From the sequence record SRR20825006_861: 61,683 nt of DNA; one strand, written 5' to 3'. The notes under the pieces were generated by a model. That model saw only the letters and a program-made list of their open reading frames with translations, was not told the origin of the DNA and searched no databases. Below are positions 59,854 through 61,683 of the stretch, one piece after another; within the stretch, counting starts at the first letter, position 1, and each line of letters opens with the position of its first letter. The position numbers and the translations under genes are program-made.

Positions 59854-61059
59854 ATGGGTCTCTTCGAACAATCCCTCGAGCGCCTCGACTGGGCGCGCAA
59901 ACTCACCGATATACAAAACGCGCGCTTCGACGCGCTCCACCACCCCGAGCTCCTCACCCGCGCGACCATCCCCGTGCGCATGGATGATGGCTCCACGCAG
60001 TTCTTCTCTGCGTGGCGCTGTCGCTATGACACCACGCGAGGTCCAGCAAAGGGTGGCATTCGCTTTCATCCCGGGGTCGATGCTCAGGAGGTGCGTTCGC
60101 TCGCCTTCTGGATGACCATCAAGACCGCGCTCGCTGGCATCCCCGTGGGAGGAGGGAAGGGGGGCGTTCAGGTCGACGCTCGTTCGTTGAGCGAGGGAGA
60201 GCTCGAGCGCCTCTCCAGAGGTTATGTTCGCGCGCTGTTCCCGGTGCTCGGCCCCGATGTCGATGTGCCCGCGCCCGATGTCGCCACGAACGCGCAGGTG
60301 ATGGCGTGGATGGTCGATGAATACGAACAGATCGCCGGTCAAAAGGCGCCCGCGACATTCACCGGGAAGCCGCTGTCGCGCGGCGGGATCGAGGGTCGCC
60401 AGGGCGCGACCGCGCTCGGCGCCTATCATGTCCTGAATACCTGGCTCGAGCATGGAGGGGCGAGTGATACGCTGGATGTGGCGATCCAGGGCTTTGGCGC
60501 TGCTGGAGCGGAACTCGCCAGGTTGCTTGCTCGCGATGGTCATCGCGTCATCGCGGTGAGTGATTCCAGCGGGGCGATCCTCGACAGGGATGGCCTCGAT
60601 GTCGAGGAGGTCTCGCAAACCAAAGAGCGAGAAGGGAGCGTGACCGCGTTCGATGGCGCTGAATCCATCGAGCCCGAAGTGTTGCTTGCCCTCGATGTGG
60701 ACCTGTTGGTTCCAGCGGCGCTGGAGCTCTCCATCACGCTCGACAATGTCGAGGATGTCAGCGCATCGACCATCCTCGAGGTCGCCAATGGTCCGTTGTC
60801 AGTAGATGCCGAAAAACAACTCGACGAGCGCGGCGTCACGATCCTGCCCGATGTGCTCGTGAACGCAGGAGGCGTGATCGTGAGCTGGATGGAGTGGATG
60901 CAAAACCGGCAGGGGGATGTCTGGCCAGAAGATCGCGTCGAGAAGCGTTTGAGAGAGCGCCAGGTCTCGAACACCCGCGAGGTGATCGAGCGCGCCGAGG
61001 AGCACTCCACCTCATTGCGCCGCGCTGCCTACGCGCTCGCGCTCGAGGCGCTCGTCTGA
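59854..61059 (+). CDS. gdhA: Glu/Leu/Phe/Val dehydrogenase, likely glutamate dehydrogenase
   Basis: GPAKGGIRFHP, MTIKTA, GGGKGG, DVPAPDV, TGKP, IQGFGAAG, EVANGP and PDVLVNAGGV. Confidence 0.85.
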   Translation: MGLFEQSLERLDWARKLTDIQNARFDALHHPELLTRATIPVRMDDGSTQFFSAWRCRYDTTRGPAKGGIRFHPGVDAQEVRSLAFWMTIKTALAGIPVGGGKGGVQVDARSLSEGELERLSRGYVRALFPVLGPDVDVPAPDVATNAQVMAWMVDEYEQIAGQKAPATFTGKPLSRGGIEGRQGATALGAYHVLNTWLEHGGASDTLDVAIQGFGAAGAELARLLARDGHRVIAVSDSSGAILDRDGLDVEEVSQTKEREGSVTAFDGAESIEPEVLLALDVDLLVPAALELSITLDNVEDVSASTILEVANGPLSVDAEKQLDERGVTILPDVLVNAGGVIVSWMEWMQNRQGDVWPEDRVEKRLRERQVSNTREVIERAEEHSTSLRRAAYALALEALV

Positions 61060-61193
61060 GCACATCGCATTTTTTCACGCCACACCACTCGAGCTGGCGA
61101 CAAGAATACACACTCCCAAAAATGAAGCGTTTAGGTTCTTCTTCGTAAACAAACGCGGGCTGCTCACGGCCCGAAAAAACGACAGGAAGAGCC

Positions 61194-61683
61194 TTGCTCC
61201 ACACGTTTCTCCAACATTGCGACCAGGAGGCCGCGCGCCTCGAGCAACCCGGCGTGGTTCAACTCGCCGGGTTCGCGCTCGAGCGTGGCGAGGTCGATGG
61301 CGCGGCGTGTTGGTACGGCCTCGCGACCGAGCGAGCGATGTTGGGGATTCTTGTCGAGCGAGCTTGTTCACAACATCGAAAAGCAGGGGGCGAACGAGAT
61401 GCGCTCAAGCGCATCTCGTTATGGCGAGGTGGTGCACGTGAGCGAAAGCTCGAGGACCTCGCCAGAGACCTCGTGCGTGGTCGCCGCGATGCGCGCTCGC
61501 TGCAAGGGTTATCCCCAAACAAGGGCGGGAGAGCGCTCGAGCACCGCCATATCGACGCCGCAGATCGCGCGCTCGAGAAGAGCGCGCAACGTCGTAACCT
61601 GAGCCGTTTGTTCGCGCTCTCGGAGCGACTCGCGGCGCTATTCGAAGACCGCGAAGGCGTCGATTTGCTCGAGCAAATCGACG
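61194..61683 (+). CDS. Possible hypothetical protein, 3' end truncated by the window edge
   Basis: Open frame from TTG 61194 (AGGAAGAG upstream) to the end: MLHTFLQHCDQEAARLEQ...LAALFEDREGVDLLEQID. No motif recognised. Confidence 0.45.
   Translation, partial: MLHTFLQHCDQEAARLEQPGVVQLAGFALERGEVDGAACWYGLATERAMLGILVERACSQHRKAGGERDALKRISLWRGGARERKLEDLARDLVRGRRDARSLQGLSPNKGGRALEHRHIDAADRALEKSAQRRNLSRLFALSERLAALFEDREGVDLLEQID

Overview
A high-GC chromosomal segment, probably from a Myxococcota/Bradymonadales-like bacterium. This assignment is inferred from the many lipoproteins with acidic linkers, a DUF1592/DUF1552 pair, LRR/FHA proteins and a CheB-CheR hybrid kinase. I support about 43 CDSs, two of them truncated at the window edges and absent from the ORF track. 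Housekeeping/metabolic genes: AlkC glycosylase, a sigma54 AcoR-type activator with aldehyde dehydrogenase and DUF779, monomeric Icd, an isovaleryl-CoA-dehydrogenase-like enzyme, a MATE pump, MenB with a hotdog thioesterase, and a Glu dehydrogenase. Signalling genes: a FIST/NosP-kinase-two-regulator operon and a CheB-CheR-PAS hybrid kinase. Surface lipoproteins include FG-GAP/Cys-repeat, collagen-like, PPC, acylase and alpha/beta-hydrolase types. I see no rRNA, tRNA, CRISPR array, integrase or transposase. The most notable observations are: (i) an unnamed ~60-aa Trp-patterned domain shared by 3-4 unlinked proteins; (ii) a tandem double ATP-grasp ligase coupled to a DmpA peptidase; (iii) a NosP-type operon whose two output domains look catalytically dead; (iv) an orphan M.BseCI-like methyltransferase in TCGA-rich DNA; (v) long perfect inverted repeats with 27-30 bp arms, REPIN-like; (vi) twin ATGACGC-N3-GCGTCAT palindromes partly echoed upstream of the acyl-CoA dehydrogenase; (vii) Asp-Met-rich tethers in four lipoproteins. 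All family assignments come from motif recognition by eye; no searches were run.
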